The notes beneath the pieces were generated by a model. The model saw only the letters and a program-made list of their open reading frames with translations, ran no database searches and was not told the origin of the DNA. A DNA stretch of 26,568 nt, taken from IMG/VR virus record IMGVR_UViG_2724679237_000010, positions 1 through 26,568 of that record. The stretch is one strand, 5' to 3'. Below are positions 8,997-18,441 of the stretch, piece after piece. A program made the translations under genes and the position numbers. The DNA comes from a virus. Taxonomy: Duplodnaviria > Heunggongvirae > Uroviricota > Caudoviricetes. Position 1 is the stretch's first letter. Each line of letters opens with the position of its first letter.

Positions 8997-9899
8997 TTAC
9001 GCCATTGGTTGGTTCGGTTGTTGTGTTTCCCCGTCCGGACATATATGAGTGTGTCCGTTATACGTTGTGCGGACTTCAGTTATTGTGCCTTGTCGATCCT
9101 GCACCTCTTGTTCTGCTAACACACTACCGCGAGTTGTGATATTACCGGTTCCACCGTTATCCCCAGTGACAGAAATATCGTTACGGAATGTCGCTAATTT
9201 ATCTACAATTAATGTCTCGGTGATATGCGTTGGACCAGCTAGTGTTATCCCACCCGGAGCCCACGCACTGATTGTTTGAGCTGTCAGCGATATTCTGTTC
9301 GCAGCAGTAACACTAACAGAACTCGTTGCTATAACGTTCACTAAATCAGCATGTGCGTTAATTGTATCTGTCGCTGTGACATTAATAATATCAGCGTCCG
9401 CGTTAATTAATTTCCCGCCATGGATATTAACTACATTTTCGCTATTAATAGTAACATCTGCGCGTCCAAATATTTCTATTTCAGACTCACCGAGTATTTT
9501 TACCACGCCGTCCGGTACGCCCTGCCATGTCAGAGTGTGATTTTTTGTGTTATACGTCATCGTAGCCCCGTCACAGTATGCAGTGACATGATCATGGGGG
9601 TCATTGCTTGGCGGAGCTTTGTCGTCAATGTGCAGCCCGAGCATAACTACACCGTTCCGCGTATCCCCACCCTCAGAAACAACAGTAACGGGATCGCCCA
9701 CTGATGGGGCGCTCCAGTCCACGCGCTCCGATGTCGCGTGCGTGAACCATTGTAGCCAGCCCGATTGGTGTTCTCCACCAAACGACACGCGACATCTTGG
9801 AGGATTCATCTGAACTGCAGCTATGGTGCCGCGTTTAACTGAGTCACGCAGCCGGCGAGCGTTCTCCGCGGAGGCGTATTCATCGTCCGATTGGGCCAT
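8997..9899 (-). CDS. Baseplate spike / assembly protein V (P2 gpV-like) with extended C-terminus
   Basis: 300-aa ORF. The N-terminal region (...RCRVSFGGEHQSGWLQWFTHATS...) matches the gpV signature (P2: RCRVQTGG...DWLQWLTH). The C-terminus carries a His-x-His motif (YNGHTHICPDG). Confidence 0.85.
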   Translation of the reverse strand: MAQSDDEYASAENARRLRDSVKRGTIAAVQMNPPRCRVSFGGEHQSGWLQWFTHATSERVDWSAPSVGDPVTVVSEGGDTRNGVVMLGLHIDDKAPPSNDPHDHVTAYCDGATMTYNTKNHTLTWQGVPDGVVKILGESEIEIFGRADVTINSENVVNIHGGKLINADADIINVTATDTINAHADLVNVIATSSVSVTAANRISLTAQTISAWAPGGITLAGPTHITETLIVDKLATFRNDISVTGDNGGTGNITTRGSVLAEQEVQDRQGTITEVRTTYNGHTHICPDGETQQPNQPMA

Positions 9900-10416
9900 A
9901 GTAGTCGCTCTCGTGTTCTGCGCCGATATCTGGCGCTATTCCGACGTATATATTTTTCAGGGTTCCCTGTGAGGGATAATCGAAAATATCGGGACCAACG
10001 CCTACAACCTGCGTGAACGACACGCACTGAACTGAATGCGAACCGACTGACTGTCCGTTTTTAATCCAGTCACACGGTTCCGCGTCGCTGAATTTTGCCG
10101 GTTTAGTTCCGGGACCGAACATTCGCCCATTAATCCAGCTCGTCATATAGAGCGCTGCATTCTGCGATTTCAGTCCGTACTGATCAGCCGCAAACTCCCG
10201 CAGCAAATACAAATTACACGACAGCTCGACTGACTGAATTGAACCCGACACAGGCTCATCACTCTGTGACCAGTTGCTGATTTCCAGGAACAGAGCTGGC
10301 GTTTCAAATCCAGCCGGAATTTCCGGATAAATACCGAACGTTTTGATGAACGGTATTTGTAAAACAGCGCCTTTAACGCAATCTAAATATTCGTCAAATG
10401 CATCCAGTCCGCTCAT
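9880..10416 (-). CDS. Hypothetical virion protein (possible tail completion / sheath-terminator analogue)
   Basis: 178-aa ORF between the head-tail joining genes and V, overlapping V by 20 nt. Function assigned from position only. Confidence 0.45.
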   Translation of the reverse strand: MSGLDAFDEYLDCVKGAVLQIPFIKTFGIYPEIPAGFETPALFLEISNWSQSDEPVSGSIQSVELSCNLYLLREFAADQYGLKSQNAALYMTSWINGRMFGPGTKPAKFSDAEPCDWIKNGQSVGSHSVQCVSFTQVVGVGPDIFDYPSQGTLKNIYVGIAPDIGAEHESDYYGPIGR

Positions 10417-11093
10417 AATCGTCTACCTGTTTTTGGGTCTACGTGGACATTACCTTTCACGCGACCACGCAAGTCCTGTTCAAAAAAACCCATGAACACG
10501 GTGCCAATATTTTCAAAAATATAATCATCGATAGCATCCTCCAGCGCTTCGTGCACCGGTACGCGAGCCTCTTCGATTCCTCCGCGAGCCAGTCGAATCC
10601 AGACACTTTTCGCACCGTAGCGTTTCGCTACGAATGAATCGGGCCAGCTCAGCATCGCCAGCCCTGCACTTTTGGGTGTAAAAGTTGCCCCTCGAGCGCC
10701 TTTTTTTGTTTTCAAAAATTGACCAGTCTCTGGATTGCGAGGCTGCTTTTGCTTCCTGGGATTTTGTAATCGCCCCTTTAGCTCAGATACACGGAAATCG
10801 TTCAGGCCGTACCATAGCTTTACGCTGCTCAGATCTCCTGCCCCTTCTTTTGTAAAATTACGGCGCTTAATGAACGGCTTGATTCGTTTATCTACGGCCT
10901 TATGATTTTTAGCTGCCAGTGCAGTCAAAATTATTCCTGCTGAAATTCGGTGCATATGTTTTGCAGTTCGGTTCAGCGCCCGGTTGTATGCCATCAACAT
11001 CTGATGTTGCGTCGCGCTGATTTCGACTCTGAGCTGCTCCAGCGCCGAAACATCGATATCGAACATCTGCGCGTTACTACGTAAATCGGCCAC
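10413..11093 (-). CDS. Hypothetical virion morphogenesis protein (basic)
   Basis: 226-aa ORF, translationally coupled to the next gene. It sits where a lambda-type head module would carry tail-joining genes; no recognisable motif. Confidence 0.45.
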   Translation of the reverse strand: MADLRSNAQMFDIDVSALEQLRVEISATQHQMLMAYNRALNRTAKHMHRISAGIILTALAAKNHKAVDKRIKPFIKRRNFTKEGAGDLSSVKLWYGLNDFRVSELKGRLQNPRKQKQPRNPETGQFLKTKKGARGATFTPKSAGLAMLSWPDSFVAKRYGAKSVWIRLARGGIEEARVPVHEALEDAIDDYIFENIGTVFMGFFEQDLRGRVKGNVHVDPKTGRRL

Positions 11094-11123
11094 GGTTCCC
11101 CCTTAGTAGGACCGCGGTCCCAC

Positions 11124-11504
11124 TTAGTATTTTGAATACTCGCTGTTTTCGCTGGACGTATGAGGCTCTAAAAAAATATTCGTGAGCCCGACACCGTCTG
11201 GCTGAGACTCTTTAACCACGTAATCGGTCCAGCCAGACCAGGTAACAGAGCCGTCAGGTTCGATGCTGCGCTGCTTTGAAACCCGGACGACGTCACGTGC
11301 AACAATGCCGGCGACGTCGTCTGAGAGCGCTGTCAGACTCGTTACTGTACCGGTAATAAAACCAGCGTGAGGAACGTCAACGCGCGCGTAAGGCTCGTTG
11401 AAAATAGCGATAATGGGGTCGGTTTTACCGCGTAATTTAACGGGCCGTCCCCACTCCAGAATCATCTCCTCATCGCCGGCCCGGAGGTCATCGTAGTAGC
11501 TCAT
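11124..11504 (-). CDS. Head-tail joining protein (lambda FII-like)
   Basis: 126-aa ORF immediately after the FI-like gene with an ATGA overlap. Weak by-eye similarity to lambda FII; lambda gene order supports it. Confidence 0.5.
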   Translation of the reverse strand: MSYYDDLRAGDEEMILEWGRPVKLRGKTDPIIAIFNEPYARVDVPHAGFITGTVTSLTALSDDVAGIVARDVVRVSKQRSIEPDGSVTWSGWTDYVVKESQPDGVGLTNIFLEPHTSSENSEYSKY

Positions 11505-11914
11505 AGAGCGTAAACGTGATCAGCTGCGATGAGGTCTGCAACCTCTGGTGAATCAACAACAATTTCACGGCCAGCGGCAACAATCTCGCGAACGCGACGC
11601 CCGTTCACGTAGTGATATACATCCAGCGTGTTACGCAGCTTAACGCGGCGCGTAGCGGGAGACAGTTCTGGTTGTGACGTCGTGCTCGCGATTGACGGTT
11701 GTTCTGCGCTGTCATCATCAGTTTCATCTGATGCGTTCGCATTAATGTTGGCATCACTCGCATCACCGGATTGCTCGTTCAGAATATCGAGTTCTGACTC
11801 AGCGCCGGCGGCGATTGATTCCAGCTCAGCAATAGTCCCGCTGCGCGGTAATTCGCGACCGAGCTGGGCGCTCAGATCGTCAATGCGCGCCAGCAATTCT
11901 GTTTTTGTGCTCAT
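11501..11914 (-). CDS. DNA packaging protein (lambda FI-like)
   Basis: 137-aa ORF. The N-terminus (MSTKTELLARIDDLSAQLGRELPRSGTIAELE) resembles lambda gpFI (MTKDELIARLRSLGEQLNRDVSLTGTKEELA), followed by an acidic linker; it sits right after the major capsid gene. Confidence 0.6.
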   Translation of the reverse strand: MSTKTELLARIDDLSAQLGRELPRSGTIAELESIAAGAESELDILNEQSGDASDANINANASDETDDDSAEQPSIASTTSQPELSPATRRVKLRNTLDVYHYVNGRRVREIVAAGREIVVDSPEVADLIAADHVYAL

Positions 11915-11946
11915 GCTAATTCCCTAAAAAAAGAGCCTTTCGGCTC

Positions 11947-12981
11947 TTACGCGATTTTTACGACGACAAACGCGTCGGCGTCGGTGAGGACCATCGCTGG
12001 CGCGGATTGAGTCATTGTCTGCGTCACTGCCGGATCGCCGGTCGTGGTCCAGACTTTTGGATAACGCGTGGCCTCGCAGATACCCTCTTTCAGCGCGTCC
12101 TCGTCCTGAATTGCGCCATAGGTGCGGAGTCCGCGGTTCTTTGTGTTGCCCAGAATCATCGTGTTATCCGGCATATAACGCGTTTCAGCGCCTGTTACCG
12201 GGTCGATGTATTGCCCCTTGTAGACAAACAGCGCCGTATCGCCGTAATAACCCTTAAAGCTGACAACGTCGCCCAGATTTTTCAGCGCGACTTCGAGCTG
12301 GCTGTTTGAGCCGCGTCGCGTATCCAGTGCCGTCCAGAATTTTTTAAAACGCTTCAACTGCTTCCAGGCTTTACCGTCCATGATGATGACGTTAACCGCA
12401 CCGGAGGCGAGGTCCGCATAGGATTCGATATCGTCGCTCGGGTCATATGTTTCCGCGTCCTGCGTAGACCAGGCCGTCGAACCAGACTGAGTGACGTTAT
12501 TCGTCGCGCTGCGGCTCATGTCTATCTCATAGGTCTCGATATTGCTGCCGGAGACAGTGTATTTACCGTACAGAACAGCCTGTACCGCCTGATATTCCTC
12601 GAGCTGGCTGATGCTGAGCTCTTCATCGAGCAGGTTCTGCATGATGAGTCTGGCACGACGAATTACGGGAGTTAATGGCTCACTAATCGGCTCCCCGCCA
12701 GCGCGCTTGATGCTCATATTAGGATTGATCGTGTGTTTTGGTTTCGTGTAACCCGGCTTAAAATGGTTCGTTGAATAGCCACGAGTGCGGTCAACTTTTC
12801 CGGTGATCATCGGCGCGCAATACACGGCCATGTTGACCTTGCCCGGGATTTTATCCAGAAAAACCTCTTCGCTTGTAAACGTGTAGGTCTCACGGAAAAA
12901 CAATCTTAAAAACAACGGATTGAACTTAAATACCTGCTGCGTTGCAGTAATCAGTTCTGACGTAGTAAACGAATCGCTCAT
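11947..12981 (-). CDS. Major capsid protein (lambda gpE family)
   Basis: 344-aa ORF with several blocks near-identical to lambda gpE: FKFNPLFLRLFFRETY, PGYTKPKH, DTRRGSNSQLE, LPDNTMILGNT..RGLRTYG, ATRYPKVWTTTGDPA. Confidence 0.92.
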   Translation of the reverse strand: MSDSFTTSELITATQQVFKFNPLFLRLFFRETYTFTSEEVFLDKIPGKVNMAVYCAPMITGKVDRTRGYSTNHFKPGYTKPKHTINPNMSIKRAGGEPISEPLTPVIRRARLIMQNLLDEELSISQLEEYQAVQAVLYGKYTVSGSNIETYEIDMSRSATNNVTQSGSTAWSTQDAETYDPSDDIESYADLASGAVNVIIMDGKAWKQLKRFKKFWTALDTRRGSNSQLEVALKNLGDVVSFKGYYGDTALFVYKGQYIDPVTGAETRYMPDNTMILGNTKNRGLRTYGAIQDEDALKEGICEATRYPKVWTTTGDPAVTQTMTQSAPAMVLTDADAFVVVKIA

Positions 12982-13039
12982 TTATATATCCTGTATAAAA
13001 AAACCGCCCGGAGGCGGCTTGTTTTGAGTTTTTGGGCTA

Positions 13040-13372
13040 TCAGCCGACGCTGATTGGTGTTCCTGCGAACGCTGATTTCCGTTTGCTACTATCAGTTACA
13101 GTTCCCCAGTTAATCGCTGTATAACGAAACGAACCGGCTTTGTAATACGACAAATCGGCTGTACTCGCACCAGTTTTGACGGGTGTTGCTGTCAAACCAA
13201 CGGCCTTACCGACAGAGCCGTCCCACACTTTAAATGTACCGATTGACGCATCGACCATAATTGGCGTTAACCGCGGAACATCAATGCTGGCCGCAAAATG
13301 GCCAACGGCTGTAACAACGAGATCGGGCCCGAGGATAAAATCATCCGGGCTATACGTTTCTGTGGTCATCAT
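13040..13372 (-). CDS. Head decoration protein (lambda gpD-like)
   Basis: 110 aa, the same length as lambda gpD, with a similar C-terminus (..SFRYTAINW....SSKRKSAFAGTPISVG vs lambda ..TFRYEDVLW....ETKKRTAFAGTAISIV). Located between the C-like and E-like genes. Confidence 0.85.
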   Translation of the reverse strand: MMTTETYSPDDFILGPDLVVTAVGHFAASIDVPRLTPIMVDASIGTFKVWDGSVGKAVGLTATPVKTGASTADLSYYKAGSFRYTAINWGTVTDSSKRKSAFAGTPISVG

Positions 13373-14679
13373 TCATCCTCTAAAATTGAACGCCCTGCTG
13401 CTACCAGCATTGAGACGTTTGCGGTTGTTCCTGTTGCCGTTGTGCTGCCTGCATCCTGAATAGTCGCCGGTGATTCAGTGCTCATGAGTGTATCGAGCGC
13501 CGTTTCTGTCCGCGCCTGCGCAGTTTGCGGTGCTGCCGCGAGGACCACACGCGCCTGCTCGAGCGTCATCCCTGGTACTCCGGCGAGCGCTTTTGCCTGC
13601 TCCTCGCGCCCGACGGCCTCGGGACAGTTGATAATAGCCATCACACGCGCCAGTTCGTTCGACGCCGCGTCCGCGCGAATCTGCTCCGTGTTGAACTCAA
13701 CCGGCGCGACCGTAGTCGTGACCGCGGTTTGTTCTGTGGTCGTGGTCTCCGCCGTGGTTTCTGTTGTACCTGGCATAAATCGCTCCATTTTTGGTTTCAG
13801 TGCGTCGGCCATCACTGCGATAGCGTCCGCGTAATTCACGAGTTGATCAGCGAGACCCGATTTAATCGCATCCGCACCGATAAAGACTGCGGCCTCTGTG
13901 GCCAGCACCCTGGATTTTTTCAGCCCGGTATAATCCGAGACTTTTTGCGCGAACTGCTCGCGTGTGCTGTTAATACTCAGCTGGAATTCGTCGCGAACGT
14001 CGTCGGGCAATTGGGAATACGGGTTCCCGTCGACCTTGTGCGCACCGGCGTAAATCAGCGTCACGTCAACGCCGGCAATCTCCAGCGCTTTTTCGACGCA
14101 GCGGTGAGCCATCAGGACGCCGATTGAACCAACTGTGCCGGTCTGCGTTATCAGCCGGCGCGAACACGCTGACGCCAGCAAATAGGCGGCGCTGCAGGCT
14201 GTATCACTGGCCAGCGCCCAGACTGGTTTTTGCTCTCGCGCCCGGGCGATTAAATCAGCAGTATCAAACGCGCCGGCAACCTCACCACCTGGGGAGTCAA
14301 TATCCAGCAAAATCCCCTTAACATCGGGATCAGAAATCGCCTGCTGCAGGCGTTTTACGATTCCGTCGTAACCGCTCATACCGCTAACCGGATTGATATA
14401 ACCCAATTTATGAACCAGTGTCCCGGTAACCGGCAGAACAGCTATACCACGCTCCACGCGGTACGATTTCTGACGTGTTCGCTCGCTGCTGTCCCACCCC
14501 ATCGCGAGGGCGTTCATTTCATCGCTGTTCATTACCTCTCCAGACGCTGTATCAATCAGTCGCCCGGTACCGAACCGGTCGCTCAGCGCAGAAAAAAATA
14601 CCCGCGCGTAGGCGGGCTCCAGCAAAAGCGGTTGATTGAACGCCCTGGCGGCGAGGTGCGGAAAATTGTTCCACGGCAT
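13369..14679 (-). CDS. Head maturation protease / scaffold (lambda gpC-like, S49 SppA-family peptidase)
   Basis: 436-aa ORF with an S49-peptidase-like core (..GILLDIDSPGGEVAGAFD.., ..ASDTACSAAYLLASAC..) and a Thr/Ala/Glu-rich C-terminal tail that could serve as a scaffold region. It follows the portal gene with a start/stop overlap. Confidence 0.85.
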   Translation of the reverse strand: MPWNNFPHLAARAFNQPLLLEPAYARVFFSALSDRFGTGRLIDTASGEVMNSDEMNALAMGWDSSERTRQKSYRVERGIAVLPVTGTLVHKLGYINPVSGMSGYDGIVKRLQQAISDPDVKGILLDIDSPGGEVAGAFDTADLIARAREQKPVWALASDTACSAAYLLASACSRRLITQTGTVGSIGVLMAHRCVEKALEIAGVDVTLIYAGAHKVDGNPYSQLPDDVRDEFQLSINSTREQFAQKVSDYTGLKKSRVLATEAAVFIGADAIKSGLADQLVNYADAIAVMADALKPKMERFMPGTTETTAETTTTEQTAVTTTVAPVEFNTEQIRADAASNELARVMAIINCPEAVGREEQAKALAGVPGMTLEQARVVLAAAPQTAQARTETALDTLMSTESPATIQDAGSTTATGTTANVSMLVAAGRSILEDE

Positions 14680-16250
14680 CAGTTACCTCCCCAGCCGTTA
14701 TCGTTGGTATTTGAGGGGTGAGATACAGACCATGACGGTTCGCTCAGCCCCATTTCACGCCGGCGCTGAATTTCGTATTCCTGTTGCTCCATAACCTCCT
14801 CGTAATCCTGTCCCTGCAGCGCCAGTTCGTTCTGATACGTGCTGAGGCCAGTTGTGATACGCATTGCACTCTCCTGAACCTCTTTCAGTCCGTCGATGGC
14901 CATGCGACCTGCACCGATCCAGAGCGCGTTCGTCCAAGAGTTCCGCGCCTCATAAAACGACCGGACCGCTGAGCGTGGCAGGGTGATAACTCCGCGCGCC
15001 AGAGCTTCCTCAAACCAGCAGCAGAACATCAGTGACGCCTGTCGTGCGGCGATAAAACGTCGACGGCCCATGAAAAAACGCCAGCTCACGTTTGCGCTGG
15101 CCCGCGCGCTGGAGTAACTGACCTGGCTGTAGTCCCGACTCAGTTCCTCATATGACGCGCCGACGCCAGCGGCAACGTAACGCAGGAGTGATTTTTCCAG
15201 CGAACTGAAACCAGCATCAGCATTCTGAGCGGTCTGTAAACTGAGTTTGTCGCCGGGATGCAGGTGAGGCACTTTCACGCCACCGAGCTTGATATTTGCG
15301 CCGTTGTAGTACGTCACGTAACTCTGAATAAACGAATTCAGCGGGTTAGAGTCGCTATCGGTACCCGTGCCGGCGATATATTCAAACGCCTGCTGGCTAT
15401 CGAGCTCTGATTCGATTGTCGCGGCGTACATCGCCTTCACGATGGCGCTCTGCAGCTGTGTTTGCTGCAACGTATCGAGCATTTTCAGCCGCTCCATTAC
15501 GCTGTAAAAAATGTTATCTCCGCGGGTTTGTCCGTCCTCGAGCGGCTCGAATATGTGAATGAATGCGTGTCTGCCGCTGCTGAGCTGCGCCGGGATGCGC
15601 CGGCATTTACCAACTCCACCGAGGGGGTAGGTGTCCTCGGCTATCCAGTACCCAACCGCGGCCCCGTTTTTATCAATATCAACACCGGCACGGCGAAATT
15701 GAGTGTCAGCTGTGTAACCGGGGTTTCTAATTCGTTTCGGTGAGACCATTTTGAATCGCGTCCGAAAAACGCTGCCGGCGCTGCTCTCCCACACCGGTTG
15801 TACGCAGGTTTCACCGTTGAACGCGTGAGTGGCCACGCCTTCGCGGATCATCATTGTGAACGTCCGTTTCCGCTCGATATCAATCGTGCAGTGAGGGTCC
15901 TCGGCGTATTCAGTCCACGCGACCTCAACGTCACGCGCCAGCGCCCTGGCGTCCTCGCGAGATATCCCGATGTAACGCCAGTTAGGGCGATAACTCAACT
16001 TAAACAGATTGCCGACGATATGATCCTGATGCAGCTGCACGGCGTTCGACGCGACGCCGTTATTACGAACGAGATCGTCTGCTCGCGCGTTACCGCGATA
16101 AAAATTAGGCAGCAGTGCCGCATCGGCGCTTTGCTGTGGTGCATTCCAGTCAATCAACTGGCCACCGAAGCCGGGACCGCCGCCGTTATACCCCGCGTAA
16201 CGGCGTAGTGGCGTTTTACCGTCAGGCCCGAGCAGCTGCTGAGCAGTCAT
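14679..16250 (-). CDS. Portal protein (lambda gpB family)
   Basis: 523-aa ORF between the W-like and C-like genes, with tight coupling on both sides. Size and position match lambda gpB. Confidence 0.85.
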   Translation of the reverse strand: MTAQQLLGPDGKTPLRRYAGYNGGGPGFGGQLIDWNAPQQSADAALLPNFYRGNARADDLVRNNGVASNAVQLHQDHIVGNLFKLSYRPNWRYIGISREDARALARDVEVAWTEYAEDPHCTIDIERKRTFTMMIREGVATHAFNGETCVQPVWESSAGSVFRTRFKMVSPKRIRNPGYTADTQFRRAGVDIDKNGAAVGYWIAEDTYPLGGVGKCRRIPAQLSSGRHAFIHIFEPLEDGQTRGDNIFYSVMERLKMLDTLQQTQLQSAIVKAMYAATIESELDSQQAFEYIAGTGTDSDSNPLNSFIQSYVTYYNGANIKLGGVKVPHLHPGDKLSLQTAQNADAGFSSLEKSLLRYVAAGVGASYEELSRDYSQVSYSSARASANVSWRFFMGRRRFIAARQASLMFCCWFEEALARGVITLPRSAVRSFYEARNSWTNALWIGAGRMAIDGLKEVQESAMRITTGLSTYQNELALQGQDYEEVMEQQEYEIQRRREMGLSEPSWSVSHPSNTNDNGWGGN

Positions 16251-16480
16251 AATCGAACTCCCACGGGACGGCGGCGTCCCGTACTCAGACCGAGCTGTGA
16301 TTTCAGCTCGATAATGTACGTTCGGAGCTGTTCAATACTAGCCTGGGAGTACTGATAGCTCCGGTTATTTCCCGCTGAATCGCCGTGAGACAGCGATACA
16401 GTCGATCTACCCGTTAATAATTTGTGCAGGGCAATTTCAGCTTCCAGTAGCCGTTCTGTTAAAACCTCGCGCGACGTCAT
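16247..16480 (-). CDS. Head-tail connector / head completion protein (lambda gpW-like)
   Basis: 77-aa ORF between the large terminase and portal genes with ATGA overlaps. Resembles lambda gpW (..LHKLLTGRS.., ..YIIELKSQLG.. vs lambda ..LHDLMTGKR.., ..YIAELEVQTG..). Confidence 0.75.
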   Translation of the reverse strand: MTSREVLTERLLEAEIALHKLLTGRSTVSLSHGDSAGNNRSYQYSQASIEQLRTYIIELKSQLGLSTGRRRPVGVRL

Positions 16481-18441
16481 GAGCTCCCTCCGAGCATTCT
16501 GGCCATCTCCTCGAGAGACAGTTTGTTTTGTGATTTTTTCCGTTGCTCAGCGAGCGTCTCGAGATTGAGCTGGAAACGAATTTTACTGATACGTAGCGCC
16601 GCCAGCGCGTATACCCAGCAGTCGAGCGCTTCATTTCGCCGGCCCTGGTTGTCCCAGCGATAAACGACGCGACCGTTAATCAGTTTCGGGATCAAAACTT
16701 CAGAGACGAGCTGTTTTGCCTCTGTCGTGCCGAATATTTCGTCGTCGTTGGGAAAATGAATCGCACCTGGTGTCGCCGATTTAGAATCGGGTTCCAGCGG
16801 CAGGCGCATTGCGAGCAAATCTTTTGCCGTATCAGTACCGATTAACGACAAATAGACTTTATTCGCGTTACGTGTACGCGGCATATTTACGACTGGCTGA
16901 CCGTATGAGCTCGCACCTTTAATTGGAATGACCCACAGCGGACCGAGTTTCAGCGAGCGGTTATAAACGACCTGCGCATCTATACCACCGGTATCCCACG
17001 CCCAGCGACTGACGCCGATTGTGGTTCCGTCGCTGCGTCGGTATTGTTTGCGAATCACACCGTCGACGCGCTGCAGCGTGTCCTCCTCGTCGTAGCGACC
17101 GAGAACGATGGTTTTATCAATCAACCAGCACTCTTCCTCGGCTCCCCAGCCCCATACGTAACACTCGTAGCGCCCGGACGTCTGAGAGTCGATGCCACCG
17201 GTCAGATAGACAACACCGTCAGGAACCTGGCTGGCGTATTTTTCCCGGCGATTAACGAGAATATCGTGCTCCAGCTGCTCGCTGGCTACGTCGCTCCAGA
17301 GTTCGCCGAGCGTCGTGTTATGAAACGTCTTCTCCTTGAGCGGGTCGCCTTTCGCTTTCAGCCACTCGCTGACAATCTCGCCCCAGCCGTCGAGATTCAG
17401 TGAATACAGGGCGTTTATCACGATCGCAGCGTGTTTCGGTGCGCGAACGACGCCTCCGTCATGATCAAAAAAATGAATGCCGTCCCGGGTCCAGGTGCAG
17501 TCCTCGGCTATCCAGCGCCCTCCGAGCTCCATTTTTTCGAGGTCGCGATAGTAAAAATGCTCCGGGCAGTGGCAGCACTGGTAATACGCGGACGACGATT
17601 TCGCCTCATTGGTCTGTAAGCTGTTATCCCATTTGAGGCCGTATTCGATACCGTCGAGACCAAATACCAGGGTCTGCTCCTCGCTACAATGCGGACACTT
17701 CAGGTAAAAACGAAATGTCAGATCAGCAGCGTCTTCCAACATTTCTATATGGCTTTTGCCGGTAACGGTCGGCGTCGAACCGAAAATTGCTTTTGGGTAC
17801 GCTGCACCTTTAATTCGAACGAGCGCCAGCTCGATGGGCGAGCCCTCGCCCTTGCCTTTTTTTACAACCTCCAGCGGCCAGCCGTCGACTTCGTCACCCT
17901 CGACAACCTGTTTCGTCAGTCGCCGGAAATTTCCTGGTGTACTCGCGCCACGAAAATCGATAATCGCCCCGTTCATCTCTTTACGCTGGAGATTGTTACG
18001 CTCGTTGCTTTTATCCCAGTCGGGGAAAATTTTCTGAATCACCGGCATTTCGGCGATAGCGGGGTCAACCTCGTCGGCGACAAATCCATCCGATTCGTCA
18101 TCGATAGGCTGATAGACCACGGCACTACGTTTTTTGTGCTCAGCGAAATAGAGCAGCGCCGCGACGAGTATTTTTGTATAACCGAGACGAGCTGATTTGC
18201 GAACAGACACTATTTTTATCGCGTCGTTTGTCATCATATTCAACATCACAATCTGGACCGGCTGAGTCGTCCAGTGACCCGCAATATGGCTGGAGCCTTC
18301 GGGGAGGTAAAAATATTTATCAGCCCACTCAACCCCCGTCATCGGTATCGTCACGCGCAAGGGATTCAACCCTGTCGAGATCGCGTTCGATATCGCTGAC
18401 ATCGTAATCGCTGAAGTCGACTCGTATGTCTGCCAGTTCAT
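16477..18441 (-). CDS. Terminase large subunit (lambda gpA family)
   Basis: 654-aa ORF with many lambda gpA-like blocks: VEWADKYFYLP, KSARLGYTK, YLTGGIDSQ, VWGWG, IPIKGASSYGQPV.NMPR.RN, GTDTAKD, NEALDCWVYALAALRIS. The start may lie at an internal Met, since the longest ORF overlaps the small-subunit gene by 113 nt. Confidence 0.92.
   Translation of the reverse strand: MNWQTYESTSAITMSAISNAISTGLNPLRVTIPMTGVEWADKYFYLPEGSSHIAGHWTTQPVQIVMLNMMTNDAIKIVSVRKSARLGYTKILVAALLYFAEHKKRSAVVYQPIDDESDGFVADEVDPAIAEMPVIQKIFPDWDKSNERNNLQRKEMNGAIIDFRGASTPGNFRRLTKQVVEGDEVDGWPLEVVKKGKGEGSPIELALVRIKGAAYPKAIFGSTPTVTGKSHIEMLEDAADLTFRFYLKCPHCSEEQTLVFGLDGIEYGLKWDNSLQTNEAKSSSAYYQCCHCPEHFYYRDLEKMELGGRWIAEDCTWTRDGIHFFDHDGGVVRAPKHAAIVINALYSLNLDGWGEIVSEWLKAKGDPLKEKTFHNTTLGELWSDVASEQLEHDILVNRREKYASQVPDGVVYLTGGIDSQTSGRYECYVWGWGAEEECWLIDKTIVLGRYDEEDTLQRVDGVIRKQYRRSDGTTIGVSRWAWDTGGIDAQVVYNRSLKLGPLWVIPIKGASSYGQPVVNMPRTRNANKVYLSLIGTDTAKDLLAMRLPLEPDSKSATPGAIHFPNDDEIFGTTEAKQLVSEVLIPKLINGRVVYRWDNQGRRNEALDCWVYALAALRISKIRFQLNLETLAEQRKKSQNKLSLEEMARMLGGSS

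Noticed and set aside
9049-9813. Several 69-94-aa plus-strand ORFs inside the spike protein gene
   Set aside because: Antisense to the well-supported V-like gene.
13525-14127. 200-aa plus-strand ORF (with neighbours 13478..13834 and 14124..14321) inside the head protease gene
   Set aside because: It lies antisense within a well-supported lambda gpC-like gene; the translation is Arg/Cys-rich and low-complexity, as expected from reading GC-rich coding DNA backwards.
15798-16208. 136-aa plus-strand ORF (with 15462..15743) inside the portal gene
   Set aside because: Antisense to the portal gene, which is anchored by translational coupling on both sides.
17689-18195. 168-aa plus-strand ORF (with neighbours 17044..17403 and 17756..18037) inside the large terminase gene
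   Set aside because: Antisense to a strongly supported terminase gene, with no ribosome-binding site and no coherent motif.
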